This document shows positions 1 through 10,349 of a DNA stretch of 64,000 nucleotides, one piece after another. Numbering within the stretch: the stretch's first letter is position 1; each line of letters opens with the position of its first letter. A program made the translations under genes and the position numbers. This DNA is from an uncultured Candidatus Saccharibacteria bacterium. Its GTDB lineage: Bacteria > Patescibacteriota > Minisyncoccia > Phycocordibacterales > UBA12088. The notes beneath the pieces were generated by a model. That model made no database searches and was not told the DNA's origin. It was given only the letters and a program-made list of their open reading frames with translations. Where the stretch lies: the NCBI GenBank assembly GCA_964409035.1, contig CAYPBQ010000004.1:7687-71686 (forward strand), given 5' to 3'.

Positions 1-853
1 TGCAGGAGAAGATAGACATGTCACCGCAGGAGCAGATAGTGTGTTTAAAGGAGAGGGGATAGGAAGTGATGAAAAACCTCTCACCCAAGAGGCAGTGAGG
101 TGGCGATGGAACTTCGGTGATGGGGTGGTCACACACGGCAAACGAGTAACTCATACCTTTGCTTACCCTGGCACATACGTAGTTGAGCTATCAGTATCAA
201 ACGAAGCGATGTTTGAAAGTGTGAGTGATAGAGTGGTGATTACTGCACGTCCCGCGCTGGTAACCATAGTTGAGGCAAGTAATCAATATATAGAGCTCAA
301 AAATAGCGATACGGTTGAGCTTGATATTTCAAGGTGGTTACTCTCTGATGGGGCGCATGTGTTTAGTATTCCTGAGGGTACCTATATTCTTCCGGGTATG
401 TCGGTGCGCTTTGCTGGCTCCACTACCAATCTTCGTGGTGGAGGCAATACATCACTCTTGTATCCAAATACCATGTTGGCAACAACACTGACAAAACAAG
501 ATGCTGGTGCTGTTGCTCTGTCTTCCGCTCAAAATCAAGTGGTGCCCGACACCACACCAGAGCGTATTTCTGTACCGATACGCATAAACAAACCACTTTC
601 ACCTCAAGCGACACAAGAAGTAGTAAACAGTACACCGACTACACAACACGCTGATGCGATACTAGCAGTTGATCCGCTTGCTGCTGCTGCCGTTGCATCT
701 GCAAGTACTGAAAACACGTTGTATAAGTGGCTTCTTATGCTTAGTGCGGTTATTGCAATAGCAGGAGTGATATTGTTTATTCATGATGGACATAAAGACA
801 CTGACACACATATAGTCCAACAGGAGGCAGATACATACACCATAGTATCGTGA
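1..853 (+). CDS. PKD-domain secreted protein, 5'-partial (reading frame open to window edge), C-terminal TM anchor
   Basis: Frame is open from nt 2 with no stop upstream of the called GTG at 41. Motif WRWNFGDGVVTHGKRVTHTFAYPGTYVVELSVSN matches the PKD-domain consensus (WxFGDG...HxY...G.Y.V.L.V.N). A hydrophobic C-terminal helix (LLMLSAVIAIAGVILFI) follows. Confidence 0.5.
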   Translation, partial: AGEDRHVTAGADSVFKGEGIGSDEKPLTQEAVRWRWNFGDGVVTHGKRVTHTFAYPGTYVVELSVSNEAMFESVSDRVVITARPALVTIVEASNQYIELKNSDTVELDISRWLLSDGAHVFSIPEGTYILPGMSVRFAGSTTNLRGGGNTSLLYPNTMLATTLTKQDAGAVALSSAQNQVVPDTTPERISVPIRINKPLSPQATQEVVNSTPTTQHADAILAVDPLAAAAVASASTENTLYKWLLMLSAVIAIAGVILFIHDGHKDTDTHIVQQEADTYTIVS

Positions 854-864
854 TAAAAACCCAT

Positions 865-2076
865 ATGACCCAAAAAAGAAAAATTCTAATTTTCTCACTT
901 TCTTACTACCCGTATGTGGGTGGGGCAGAAGTCGCCGTCAAAGAAATTACTGACAGAGTAAGTGATATAGAATTTCATCTTATTACTGCGCGTCTTGATG
1001 GTAACCTTCCTAGGGACGAAGTAATGGGTAATGTGGTTGTGCACCGTGTGGGGTGGGGAAAGAAATCTCCAACTCTTGAGGAGCTATCTTCATTCCCTTG
1101 GTATGTCATCTCTAAACTTAGTTACCCCATGCTCTCTGCAATAGTTGGGTATCGTCTACATAAGAAATACCATTTTGATGGCGCATGGGTGATTATGGCA
1201 TATGCGGGATTTGGCCTTGCGATACTTGATATCTTTGGCGTTCGTATTCCGTACATGCTTACCCTTCAAGAAGGTGATCCTCTTGAAAAAATCACAGGGC
1301 GATCACTCGTAAAGCCATTTTTCCCACTGTTCAAAAGGATATTTAGTAGAGCAAGCAAGGTTCAGGCTATTTCTCGCTATCTTGGGGCATGGGCTACGCA
1401 CATGGGATACATGGGTGAAGTAGCGGTAATTCCCAATGCGGTGGACTCAGCACATTTTAGTAGCCACAGTGGTGAGGAAAGCTCTGTGTATAAACAGATG
1501 AAGGCTAAAAAGCGGCAGGGTGATATATGGCTCATCACCACGTCGAGGTTGGTATACAAAAATGCCGTTGATGATGTAATACGCGCGCTAACATTACTTC
1601 CATCACATGTGTCTTTTGCTGTGCTTGGGATTGGTCCTGATGACACTACGCTTCGGGCTCTCGTGAAAGAGCTCGGGCTACAGGAGAGAGTGCACTTTTT
1701 TGGATATGTTGATCATGCTGATTTGCCTGCTTGCTTATCGCTAGGAGATATTTTTATTCGCCCATCTCGGACAGAGGGAATGGGCAACTCATTTATTGAG
1801 GCAATGGCGAGAGGGCTTCCGGTTATTGCCACGCAGGAGGGCGGTATTGCGGACTTTTTATTTGATGCAAAAAGGAATCCTGATATGGCAGAAACTGGTT
1901 TTGCAGTGGATAAAGATTCTCCATCACAAATTGCCGATGCGGTACTTAGGATTCTTGGAGACCCTGAGGCGACACAACGCACAATAGGTAACGCCAAAAG
2001 TATGGTTAAAGAAAAATACACGTGGGATATTGTAGCGGAGAGTATAAAACAACTATTAACAGATATGTATAAATAA
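865..2076 (+). CDS. Glycosyltransferase family 4 (GT4, GT-B fold)
   Basis: The N-terminus ILIFSLSYYPYVGGAEVA is typical of Glyco_trans_4. The C-terminal motif RPSRTEGMGNSFIEAMARGLPVIAT is the GT1/GT4 E-x7-E nucleotide-sugar site. ATG at 865; the ORF track calls GTG at 850. Confidence 0.8.
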   Translation: MTQKRKILIFSLSYYPYVGGAEVAVKEITDRVSDIEFHLITARLDGNLPRDEVMGNVVVHRVGWGKKSPTLEELSSFPWYVISKLSYPMLSAIVGYRLHKKYHFDGAWVIMAYAGFGLAILDIFGVRIPYMLTLQEGDPLEKITGRSLVKPFFPLFKRIFSRASKVQAISRYLGAWATHMGYMGEVAVIPNAVDSAHFSSHSGEESSVYKQMKAKKRQGDIWLITTSRLVYKNAVDDVIRALTLLPSHVSFAVLGIGPDDTTLRALVKELGLQERVHFFGYVDHADLPACLSLGDIFIRPSRTEGMGNSFIEAMARGLPVIATQEGGIADFLFDAKRNPDMAETGFAVDKDSPSQIADAVLRILGDPEATQRTIGNAKSMVKEKYTWDIVAESIKQLLTDMYK

Positions 2077-2102
2077 AGGAATTTTGGGAGAAGAAGTGGT
2101 TA

Positions 2103-2137
2103 GCGCCAAGCGGCGGCCCGCTGGCCGCCGCTTGGCG
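2103..2137 (+). terminator. GC-rich 16-bp inverted repeat (GCGCCAAGCGGCGGCC / GGCCGCCGCTTGGCG) after the GT4 gene
   Basis: Near-perfect hairpin read directly from the sequence. The downstream T-run is weak, so it may be an intrinsic terminator or simply a stabilising stem-loop. Confidence 0.45.
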
Positions 2138-2180
2138 TGTATCTATGTTCACACATCGTGAGTTATGATTATATGTGACT

Positions 2181-3302
2181 ATGCGATTTCTCATTGCAAC
2201 GGGGCTGTATCCGCCTGAAATAGGCGGCCCAGCCACTCATACAGTGACATTGGAGCGATATCTGCCACAGATAGGCATCGCAGTGTCAGTACTTCCGTTT
2301 TCACTCGTGAGAAGACATGTTCGAGGTGTTAGGCATGTGCTCTATTTTTTTGCTTGTATTAGGGCATTAAAGGGTGTGAATCTTATGTACGCGCTCGATC
2401 CATTTTCTGTTGGATTACCTGCGCTGTTTGCATCTCGTATAAAGGGTATTCCATTTGTACTTCGAGTGGCGGGTGATTATGCGTGGGAGCAAGGTGTCGG
2501 CAGATTTGGGGTAGTAGATACACTAGATGTCTTTGCTAAAAAAACCTCCGGTTATGGTTTTTTTGTATCGATACTAAAGAAGGTGCAGTTATTTGTAGCT
2601 CGTCAAGCTGATATGGTGATTGTGCCAAGCAAGTACATGAAAACAATAGTAGAGGCGTGGGGAGTTGATGGTAAAAAAATCGAGGTGGTCTATACCAGCT
2701 TTGAACCCGAGCTAGCACTTGGCAATAGGCGCACTCTCAGGGGTTTGTTACGCTTTAAAGGAAAGATGATTATTTCTATTGGGCGGTTGGTTCCGTGGAA
2801 GGGATTTACCGCTCTTATAGAATTAGTACCTGAGCTAGTGAAGCGCTACACAGATATGCGTCTCTTTATAGTGGGGAATGGTCCGGATATGCCACTTCTT
2901 GAAAAGCGAATTAAGGAACTAGATATAGAAAAATATGTATCACTTGGTGGATCTCTAGACCATGAGATCATGCTTCGTTATATACAGGCGGCAGACATAT
3001 TTGTTCTTAATACAAATTATGAAGGATTCTCACACTTACTACTTGAGGTAATGAGTGTGGGGACACCTATCGTGACAACTAATGTAGGGGGTAATACCGA
3101 GCTAATTGAGCATGATAAAAATGGGCTCTTAGTAGGTTATAATAATAAGAAGCAACTCATGCGATCTATTGTAAGTGTGCTTGATTCGCCAGTGTTGCGA
3201 AAACGTATTACAGAAGGAGGGGTAAAGGAGCTTGGGCGATTTACCCATCAAAAAATGATTGAACGGTTGGTACCGCTTTTGCTCAGGATACTTAGGAATT
3301 AG
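2181..3302 (+). CDS. Glycosyltransferase family 4
   Basis: N-terminus GLYPPEIGGPATH. C-terminal motif NTNYEGFSHLLLEVMSVGTPIVTTNVGGNTELIEHDKNGLLV is the GT4 EX7E motif. ATG at 2181 preferred over GTG at 2175. Confidence 0.8.
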   Translation: MRFLIATGLYPPEIGGPATHTVTLERYLPQIGIAVSVLPFSLVRRHVRGVRHVLYFFACIRALKGVNLMYALDPFSVGLPALFASRIKGIPFVLRVAGDYAWEQGVGRFGVVDTLDVFAKKTSGYGFFVSILKKVQLFVARQADMVIVPSKYMKTIVEAWGVDGKKIEVVYTSFEPELALGNRRTLRGLLRFKGKMIISIGRLVPWKGFTALIELVPELVKRYTDMRLFIVGNGPDMPLLEKRIKELDIEKYVSLGGSLDHEIMLRYIQAADIFVLNTNYEGFSHLLLEVMSVGTPIVTTNVGGNTELIEHDKNGLLVGYNNKKQLMRSIVSVLDSPVLRKRITEGGVKELGRFTHQKMIERLVPLLLRILRN

Positions 3303-3318
3303 TAATTTTCAACACACA

Positions 3319-4434
3319 ATGAAGGTACTCATGGTCTCAGGTGATAGGGCATACTTTGACGAAAAAAGCGCAGTACGCAAGCGGGCTGTTGCGTATGGGT
3401 CTGTGCTCACAGAGCTACACATAATTGTCACCACCACACAGTCGATGGGATTTTCACGTACAAAATTGGCAGATAACATTTGGCTCTATCCTACTAACTC
3501 TGCCTTCAGGGCTATTATGTGGCTCGATGCGATCTTTTTAGGAAGAGGTTTGCCGCCTACCGAACTAGTCACGTCACAAGACCCATTTGAACTTGGACTT
3601 GCATCATATGCAATTGCAAATGATCATTCTGCGCGATTGCAGCTACAAATTCATACGGATTTTATGAGTCCGCACTATAGAAAGCAGGGGGTGATACAGA
3701 GTATTCGTGTGCGCATTGCACGCTACCTTATCCCGAAAGCAGATTGCATCCGTGTGGTATCAGAGCGTATTCGTACATCACTCGCTGGTATGATGCTTCG
3801 AAAGGAACCACACGTACTCCCAATACACACTGATATAGGACATTTTCTTACTGATGAACCGTTATTTAAACTGCACACTAAGTACCCGCAATTTAATTTT
3901 ATCGTGGTTATGATGTCACGTATCACTAAGGAAAAGGATATTGGTACCGGCATGCGTGCATTCAAGATACTCCTTGAGAAAGATACTCGAGCGGGTTTGT
4001 GTATTGTTGGTGATGGTGAGGAGATGGGAGCGTTAAAGAAATTGGCGCACGAGCTTGGCATTGAAAATAATACGGTATTTGCAGGGTGGCAGCATGACAC
4101 TCTTTCGTATCTAAAGAGTGCAGATGTATTTCTTAACACCTCTTTGTATGAGGGGTACGCACTCACTCTCATTGAGGCAGCTGCTGCCAAGCGACCCATT
4201 GTTACCACTAATGTGGGTATTGCAGGCGAGCTGCTTATGAACCACCGTCACGCGCTTATTGCGCCCGTGGGAGATAGCAAAGAGCTAGGGTCACATCTTG
4301 TAGCGCTTATGTCGGATAATACACTCAGAGAGCGCCTTGCGGTCAATGCGCACGAGGAAGCAATGGCAAGCGCAAATATTTCTTTTGAAGAATACCTAGA
4401 AAGAATGAAAAATTCCTTCTCGTCATGTTTTTAG
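3319..4434 (+). CDS. Glycosyltransferase family 4
   Basis: MKVLMVSGD... N-terminus. Motif NTSLYEGYALTLIEAAAAKRPIVTTNVGIAGELL. Start moved to the internal ATG at 3319, because the track start at 3259 overlaps the upstream gene by 44 nt. Confidence 0.75.
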   Translation: MKVLMVSGDRAYFDEKSAVRKRAVAYGSVLTELHIIVTTTQSMGFSRTKLADNIWLYPTNSAFRAIMWLDAIFLGRGLPPTELVTSQDPFELGLASYAIANDHSARLQLQIHTDFMSPHYRKQGVIQSIRVRIARYLIPKADCIRVVSERIRTSLAGMMLRKEPHVLPIHTDIGHFLTDEPLFKLHTKYPQFNFIVVMMSRITKEKDIGTGMRAFKILLEKDTRAGLCIVGDGEEMGALKKLAHELGIENNTVFAGWQHDTLSYLKSADVFLNTSLYEGYALTLIEAAAAKRPIVTTNVGIAGELLMNHRHALIAPVGDSKELGSHLVALMSDNTLRERLAVNAHEEAMASANISFEEYLERMKNSFSSCF

Positions 4435-4443
4435 CTCTTTCTC

Positions 4444-5487
4444 ATGAAGTTACTTATTTGCACGCAAAAGGTTGATAGCAATGATCCAGTCTTAGGTTTC
4501 TTTCATCGATGGATTGAGGAGTTTGCCACTAACTACGAAAAGGTCACCGTGGTGTGTCTTTATAAGGGTGAGTACTCACTTCCACAAAATGTGGAGGTAA
4601 TTTCTCTTGGCAAGGAACGAGGGGTGCCCAAAATTGAGTATCTGATACAGTTTTACCGCTCTATATTACTGTATAGAAAAGACTACACACATGTATTTGT
4701 GCATATGAATCCTGTGTATGTGGTACTGGGAGGAATAATGTGGCGACTCCTTGGAAAGAGAATTTCCCTTTGGTATACACATAAATCAGTCGATACAAAA
4801 CTTAGAATTGCAGAAAAATTGGTGCATCACATCTTTACCGCATCTGCAGAAAGTTTTAGATTGCCATCAAAAAAGGTGGTTATCACGGGACATGCTATTG
4901 ATGTAGGGGCATATGCATCGGTAGCACATGAGCAAAGTGCAAGACTTCGATTATCGGTTATTGGAAGAATCTCACCGGCAAAACGAATTGATGTATTTAT
5001 TAGGACAATTGCAGAGTTAAAGAAGAGGGGAGTCGATGTGGTCGGGACGATAGTGGGAGATGTTGGTACACCAGAGGATGCTCCATATCTTGGCGCAATG
5101 AAGCGTCTTTCGCAGGAACTTTCATGTAGTGAGAATGTGCAATTTGTTGGGGCAGTCTCTCATCAAAAGATTGTCCACTATCTAGAGCAGACTGATATAT
5201 TTTTACACACCAGCGAGACGGGAAGTATGGACAAGTCTGTGCTAGAGGCATTTGCTTGTGGAGTCACGGTGCTCTCCTCAAGTGAGGCGTTTGAAGATGT
5301 TTTGATGCCGTATGCGCTATCTCTTAAAGAGATGAGTCCATCTCATATTGCTCAAAAAGTAGAAGCAATAACGGTACTTCCAGAAGACAAGCGTGATAGT
5401 ATCAAAATATTCCTGCGAGAGTATGTTCAAAAGGAGCACGGCCTTAAGGCTACCATTAAAAAGATAGTGGTTACTATGGAATCATAG
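4444..5487 (+). CDS. Glycosyltransferase, GT4-like (GT-B)
   Basis: The C-terminal HTSETGSMDKSVLEAFACGVTVLSS motif resembles the GT-B sugar-nucleotide binding motif. N-terminal half is Rossmann-like. Confidence 0.6.
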   Translation: MKLLICTQKVDSNDPVLGFFHRWIEEFATNYEKVTVVCLYKGEYSLPQNVEVISLGKERGVPKIEYLIQFYRSILLYRKDYTHVFVHMNPVYVVLGGIMWRLLGKRISLWYTHKSVDTKLRIAEKLVHHIFTASAESFRLPSKKVVITGHAIDVGAYASVAHEQSARLRLSVIGRISPAKRIDVFIRTIAELKKRGVDVVGTIVGDVGTPEDAPYLGAMKRLSQELSCSENVQFVGAVSHQKIVHYLEQTDIFLHTSETGSMDKSVLEAFACGVTVLSSSEAFEDVLMPYALSLKEMSPSHIAQKVEAITVLPEDKRDSIKIFLREYVQKEHGLKATIKKIVVTMES

Positions 5488-5549
5488 ATTTTGTCTTTGT
5501 TGCGTATCTGTCTTTTCTTGCTAGGATTTGATATACACTGCTTCCGCAT

Positions 5550-7049
5550 ATGAATTCCGCTATTTCAACAATAGAGCGGTATGTAGAAAAAGCAACTAAC
5601 CACAGGCTTTTTTTTGTTTCTCTAGTAACAGTAGCTGGCTTAGCAAACCTCCTTCTGTGGATCTTTTCTGATGTTAAATTTCAAAATGATGATCAGTTCA
5701 TTCTGTATCGCTATATAGATAATCTGTTAGCCGGGGAGGGTTTCGTATATAACATTGGGGAAAAAGTACTAGGATCTACAACTCCATTGTTTACCATAGT
5801 GGTTGCAGCTGTTGCTTTTTTACTCCCATTTCTAAGTACGCCTACAGCACTCGCATTTTGCAACATTGCTTTCTTCTCATTTTCAGCGCCGTACTTTCAC
5901 CGTGTCTCAAGTCGTTTTCTATCGAAGGGATTTGCCGCCCTCGTGACATTTATATACATACTGCTTTTATCACGGACCGTGTTAGAGGGTATGGAGACAT
6001 CCCTCTTTCTCCTTCTGCTTTTTGCCGCGCTCTCGTACCTATATAGCGGCAAGCATGTACTTGTGAGTATTCTTATAGCGCTTCTCGTGCTCACTCGACC
6101 TGATGCCGGCATTATTGCCATCCTTATCGGTATTTTTTGGATTGCTACGCTCGGCATGCGGGAAACAGTGAGACTAACAACCATAAGCGTGAGTGTGTTT
6201 TTAGTGTGGGCAGTATTTGCGACTTGTTACTTCGGCTCATTCATTCCGCAGTCACTACTCACTAAACTCAACTCTGGAGATATTTATCAACTGCCGTGGT
6301 ATCAGGCAGCAAAGATACAAATAGCACACATCAGCAAACTTCTTTTGGGTAGGCTATTTGATTTTAATGCGACAATACTGAACATGGGATTTCATCTTAC
6401 TCCTATCGCGGGACTCATCGTGCTTGGTGCTTCACGGGTATCAAAAGTAATTGGCGGTTCGCTCATTGTGAGTATTCCGCTAAGTTACCTCCTGCTTTTC
6501 TCTCTATCTAACCCTATTATATTTCCTTGGTACTTATCGCAAACTGAGCCTTTTTGGATACTGCTTATAATGGTTGGTGTGGAGCGGCTACTTGCCTATA
6601 GCAGTAAGGTGTGGGTGAAGGTGGCTGTACTTTCTATTATAATTTTGGGTCCGCTCATGTTTTACCTTACAACAGCCTTCGGCTCCCACCCGCAACCAAA
6701 GGCAACGCTATTTGAGGTGGGGACATACCTCAAAGAACACATACGAGAGGGTGAGTCAGTGGGTATCGCGGATATTGGCATTGTGGGGTACATGACGGGA
6801 GCCTATGTTCACGACTTTATAGGGCTAGTATCCCCCTCGTCAGTGGCATTTTATCGACCTCAATCTTGTATACCAACTGATTCGTTTTATACGATACCGC
6901 CACTTCTTATCAATCATACAAACCCTGATTACGTAGTTGGGAGGAAAGACCAACTTGGAGCATGTTTTTATAACGGTGACGCCATCAACAAATACGCACT
7001 TGTATTTGTTGATACAAGCAGTATGGTAGAGGTGTGGCGTAAAAAATAA
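5550..7049 (+). CDS. Polytopic membrane glycosyltransferase, GT-C superfamily (ArnT/PMT family 39/83-like)
   Basis: At least 11 predicted TM helices followed by a soluble C-terminal domain. The architecture and the adjacent 4-TM ArnE-like gene match lipid-linked-sugar-dependent GT-C enzymes. Confidence 0.55.
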   Translation: MNSAISTIERYVEKATNHRLFFVSLVTVAGLANLLLWIFSDVKFQNDDQFILYRYIDNLLAGEGFVYNIGEKVLGSTTPLFTIVVAAVAFLLPFLSTPTALAFCNIAFFSFSAPYFHRVSSRFLSKGFAALVTFIYILLLSRTVLEGMETSLFLLLLFAALSYLYSGKHVLVSILIALLVLTRPDAGIIAILIGIFWIATLGMRETVRLTTISVSVFLVWAVFATCYFGSFIPQSLLTKLNSGDIYQLPWYQAAKIQIAHISKLLLGRLFDFNATILNMGFHLTPIAGLIVLGASRVSKVIGGSLIVSIPLSYLLLFSLSNPIIFPWYLSQTEPFWILLIMVGVERLLAYSSKVWVKVAVLSIIILGPLMFYLTTAFGSHPQPKATLFEVGTYLKEHIREGESVGIADIGIVGYMTGAYVHDFIGLVSPSSVAFYRPQSCIPTDSFYTIPPLLINHTNPDYVVGRKDQLGACFYNGDAINKYALVFVDTSSMVEVWRKK

Positions 7050-7050
7050 C

Positions 7051-7413
7051 ATGGCATACCTACTGCTTATCATTGCGTTCTCATTGAATGCCTTAGCGAA
7101 CATACTTCTCAAATCAGCTGCAAGCATTGGAATATTTGGTTCTGTACTTGTTCCTCATGTGTTTGTCGTGCAAAACTGGAAACTTATTCTTGGACTTTCG
7201 TTTTTTGCTCTTAATGTTGTTTTTTACTTTCTCGCACTTAGGTCGTTATCACTTTCCGTCGCGTATCCCGTTATGGTGGTAATGACCTTTGTACTCGTTA
7301 ACGCAGGCGCAGCATATTTTTTTGGCGAGCAGATACATACCATACAAATAATTGGCTATGCACTGATGGTACTCGGCATCGTTCTTGTCTTAGGCTCAGT
7401 CGCCCGAGTATGA
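7051..7413 (+). CDS. 4-TM SMR/EamA-like small membrane protein (ArnE/ArnF-like candidate lipid-linked sugar flippase subunit)
   Basis: 120 aa with four hydrophobic helices (LLIIAFSLNALANILLK...). Start is 2 nt after the GT-C stop, and the gene ends in an ATGA overlap with the next gene. Confidence 0.55.
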   Translation: MAYLLLIIAFSLNALANILLKSAASIGIFGSVLVPHVFVVQNWKLILGLSFFALNVVFYFLALRSLSLSVAYPVMVVMTFVLVNAGAAYFFGEQIHTIQIIGYALMVLGIVLVLGSVARV

Positions 7414-8696
7414 AGTACTTTAAGGACCTTGCCATCACCCCGCTTACTGGCGCGCAGGTGATTCTTGATATCGATGGAACGCTCCTTCGAGATGGGGATA
7501 CTAGGGTTGGTAAAGATGAAGAAATACAACTGCGCAAGCTTTCGCAAATTGCGGACGTTTATCTTTTTTCAAATGGCGCAAGAGATAGATCGGCAATGCT
7601 CGCCAAGGAGTATGGTGTTTCTTATATCGATTCAATTAGAAAGAAGCCAAATAAGAAAGTCGCGACGAGCTTGCCATTTAGTCAAAAACGAGTGGTTATA
7701 GGTGATAAAGTACTCACGGATGGATTTTTCGCTCTTTTTACAGGAAGTTCATTTATACAGGTTGAACGTCTCACACAAACTAATCAAGCGCTCTTTACGC
7801 ATTTCGTTGATACGCTTGATAATCTCTTGTCGCCAATCATCCGGCCACTAATGCCACTACTTCATTACATCAGAATGCTTCGACCAGAGCAGTGGATTAA
7901 AAATTTACTCGTCTTCGCTCCTTTGTTCTTTGCGGGTGAGCTCTTTGATGTTGGTCTGCTTGGTAACGCAAGTATGGCCTTTATTGTGTTTTGTCTCGTA
8001 TCGAGTGCGGTATATATCATAAACGACGTTGTCGATACGGAAACAGACGCAAAGCATCCAATAAAGAGATTTAGGTCGCTACCGTCTGGGTCTGTGTCTG
8101 TTTTTGGCGCGCTAGCCTTTGCTGGTGTATTGCTGCTCTTCGCCTTTGCTGTTCTTTCATCCATTACGGCACTCATCCCGTACCTTACTTTTTACTTTCT
8201 GGCGAATGGCATCTATTCGCTCTTTTTAAAACATGTCGCGGTACTCGATATTGTCATTGTCGCGTCATTTTACGTGCTTAGAGTCTTAGTGGGAGGTGTC
8301 TCGACTAGTGTGTTTGTTTCTCTGTGGCTGCTCCTCGCGACGTTTTTTCTGGCACTATTTTTAGTAACTGGGAAGAGACGGGCAGAATTGCTTCATGCGC
8401 ATAAGCGAAAAGTACTTGAAGGCTATGCAAAAGAAACACTCGACTACTTTCTTATCAGCGCTGCACTGCTTTCAATTGTTACCTACAGCACGTGGGTGAT
8501 TCTTACCCATCCATCAATCATTGCAGTGGTAAGTGTCATGGTCGCTGTTGCAGCAATCTTTAGGGCTATCAATGTTCTGTTTCTGCATCCGAGTGAAGGA
8601 GAAAGTCCAGAAACTATTTTTCTTAAAGACAGATGGCTCTTTGTGTGTGCTTTGGCGTGGGGACTACTTATGGTCATGACATTTTACGGTGTATAG
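7410..8696 (+). CDS. Fusion protein: N-terminal HAD-family phosphatase + C-terminal UbiA-family polyprenyl-phosphate phosphoribosyltransferase (DPPR/Rv3806c-like)
   Basis: HAD motif I ILDIDGTLL, motif II-like VYLFSNGA and motif III-like VIGDKVLTD. UbiA part: RPEQWIKNLLVFAPLFFAG, NDVVDTETD (NDxxDxxxD) and KRFRSLPSG, followed by 7-8 TM helices. Confidence 0.7.
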   Translation: MKYFKDLAITPLTGAQVILDIDGTLLRDGDTRVGKDEEIQLRKLSQIADVYLFSNGARDRSAMLAKEYGVSYIDSIRKKPNKKVATSLPFSQKRVVIGDKVLTDGFFALFTGSSFIQVERLTQTNQALFTHFVDTLDNLLSPIIRPLMPLLHYIRMLRPEQWIKNLLVFAPLFFAGELFDVGLLGNASMAFIVFCLVSSAVYIINDVVDTETDAKHPIKRFRSLPSGSVSVFGALAFAGVLLLFAFAVLSSITALIPYLTFYFLANGIYSLFLKHVAVLDIVIVASFYVLRVLVGGVSTSVFVSLWLLLATFFLALFLVTGKRRAELLHAHKRKVLEGYAKETLDYFLISAALLSIVTYSTWVILTHPSIIAVVSVMVAVAAIFRAINVLFLHPSEGESPETIFLKDRWLFVCALAWGLLMVMTFYGV

Positions 8697-8717
8697 AAAC
8701 GTGGGTGTATAAGCAAT

Positions 8718-8747
8718 TGTCGGCGCCCTCTCAGGAGGGCGCCGACA
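8718..8747 (+). terminator. Perfect 13-bp stem hairpin (TGTCGGCGCCCTC-TCAG-GAGGGCGCCGACA) downstream of the HAD-UbiA gene
   Basis: Read from the sequence. No T-run follows, so function as an intrinsic terminator is uncertain. Confidence 0.4.
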
Positions 8748-8923
8748 GACTGGAGGGGAGACTACTTGCCGAGAATCCGACACAGTATCTCCCACAAATA
8801 ATAATACCTTTTGAGGAGCTGGGGTGGGGGTACAACTGCTGGATATAAAACACGCAACATTAATCATGTCAATGGTAATTTTTTGTTTATTTAGCATCAA
8901 AAAACATGGTACACTCGTAACAC

Positions 8924-10345
8924 ATGAGGTTTTTTATAACTGGAGGGTCTGGTTTCCTCGGCATCAATCTTGTTAGGTACCTTCTCAAAAGAGGGCATGT
9001 TGTTACGTCATACGACCTTGTTGCGTTTGATTATCCTGAAAAGGACGCCATAGTGTGGCACAAGGCTGACATTCGTGACTACCCAACCCTCGTTGAGGCT
9101 ATGAAGGGGAGCGACGTTGTCGTGCACTGCGCGGCTGCGCTCCCCTTGTACTCACCTGAAGATATACGAAGTACTGACATAATGGGTACTGATAACGTGG
9201 TAAAGGCAGCAAAGAGTAATGGTATCAAAAGAGTTATTCATATTTCTTCTACGGCGGTGTATGGTATACCCGATCATCATCCGCTCTACGAAACGGATAA
9301 GCTTGACGGTGTAGGGGAGTACGGTAAGGCAAAAATTGCTGCTGAGGAAATTTGTCTTGGGTATAGAAAAGAGGGAATGATCGTCCCCATATTGCGACCA
9401 AAATCATTTGTTGGACCTGAGCGCCTTGGGGTTTTTGCGCTCTTTTATGATTGGGCACTTTCTGGCGCGTGCTTTCCACTTATGGGTTCAGGGAAAAATA
9501 GATACCAACTACTTGATGTTGAGGATCTCTGTGACGTGATTTATATGTGCGCGATAAAAGATGACACAGTGGTGAATGATACTTTTAATATAGGCGCGAA
9601 AGTGTTCGGTACGATGAAAGAAGACTATCAGGCTGTGCTCGACGAGGCTGGATTTGGAAAATATGTAATTGGGATACCCGCATATCCAATGTTGGTTGCG
9701 TTGCGCATACTCGAGCGGTTACAACTCTCACCGCTCTACAAGTGGGTTTACGAAACCGCATTTAAAGACAGTTTTGTTTCTATTGAGAAAGCTGAGCAAC
9801 AACTTGGCTATACGCCAAAGTTTTCAAATAAAGATGCGTTGATTAAAAATTTCAGATGGTACAAAAACAATCTTGATTCATTTAGAGGAGAGAGTGGTAT
9901 ATCGCACCGAGTCCCATGGAAGCAAGGAGTACTCGCATACTTAAAGCCGCTATTTAGTGATCCCTACCGTGTTCTTAAATACCTCACAACAGGAGGTATT
10001 GGTGCAATTACCAACCTTGGCATTACGTATCTATGTGTGGATGTATTTGATTTCGTTGTCCTTTTGGGATCATCAATCGGCCTTGGTGTTTCTATGGTCA
10101 TTGGATTTCTTCTTCAAAAGTTTTGGACGTTCTCAGAATCAACCCTTTCACGCCTCCATACGCAGTTTGGTATGTACCTAAGTGTTTCCTTTGTTGGTCT
10201 TTTATTCAACGGCTTTTTGGTGTACTTCCTTGTCTCTATGCATGTCCACTACCTCATCGCGCAAACCGTAAGCATCGCCGCAGTAGCATTATTGAGCTTT
10301 TTTGTGTATCGTTCTATCATATTTACTTTCAAGAAGAGAGACTAG
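8924..10345 (+). CDS. Fusion protein: NAD-dependent epimerase/dehydratase (SDR) + C-terminal GtrA-like 4-TM domain
   Basis: N-terminus ITGGSGFLGINLVRYLLKRGH is the Rossmann GxxGxxG of the extended-SDR epimerase family. C-terminal ~120 aa (YLTTGGIGAITNLGITYLCVDVF...LLQKFWTF...) has 4 TM helices typical of GtrA family. Confidence 0.65.
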   Translation: MRFFITGGSGFLGINLVRYLLKRGHVVTSYDLVAFDYPEKDAIVWHKADIRDYPTLVEAMKGSDVVVHCAAALPLYSPEDIRSTDIMGTDNVVKAAKSNGIKRVIHISSTAVYGIPDHHPLYETDKLDGVGEYGKAKIAAEEICLGYRKEGMIVPILRPKSFVGPERLGVFALFYDWALSGACFPLMGSGKNRYQLLDVEDLCDVIYMCAIKDDTVVNDTFNIGAKVFGTMKEDYQAVLDEAGFGKYVIGIPAYPMLVALRILERLQLSPLYKWVYETAFKDSFVSIEKAEQQLGYTPKFSNKDALIKNFRWYKNNLDSFRGESGISHRVPWKQGVLAYLKPLFSDPYRVLKYLTTGGIGAITNLGITYLCVDVFDFVVLLGSSIGLGVSMVIGFLLQKFWTFSESTLSRLHTQFGMYLSVSFVGLLFNGFLVYFLVSMHVHYLIAQTVSIAAVALLSFFVYRSIIFTFKKRD

Positions 10346-10349
10346 TGAT

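Noticed and set aside
3259-3318. Upstream extension of the third GT4 gene (track start 3259)
   Set aside because: It overlaps the preceding gene by 44 nt and the extra 20 residues (MNGWYRFCSGYLGISNFQHT) lack GT4 similarity. The ATG at 3319 (MKVLMVSGD) gives a canonical N-terminus.
8718-8747. Calling the hairpins at 8718-8747 and 2103-2137 as definite rho-independent terminators
   Set aside because: Both are strong GC stems but lack a convincing downstream U-tract. They are reported with reduced confidence as possible terminators or mRNA-stabilising stem-loops.
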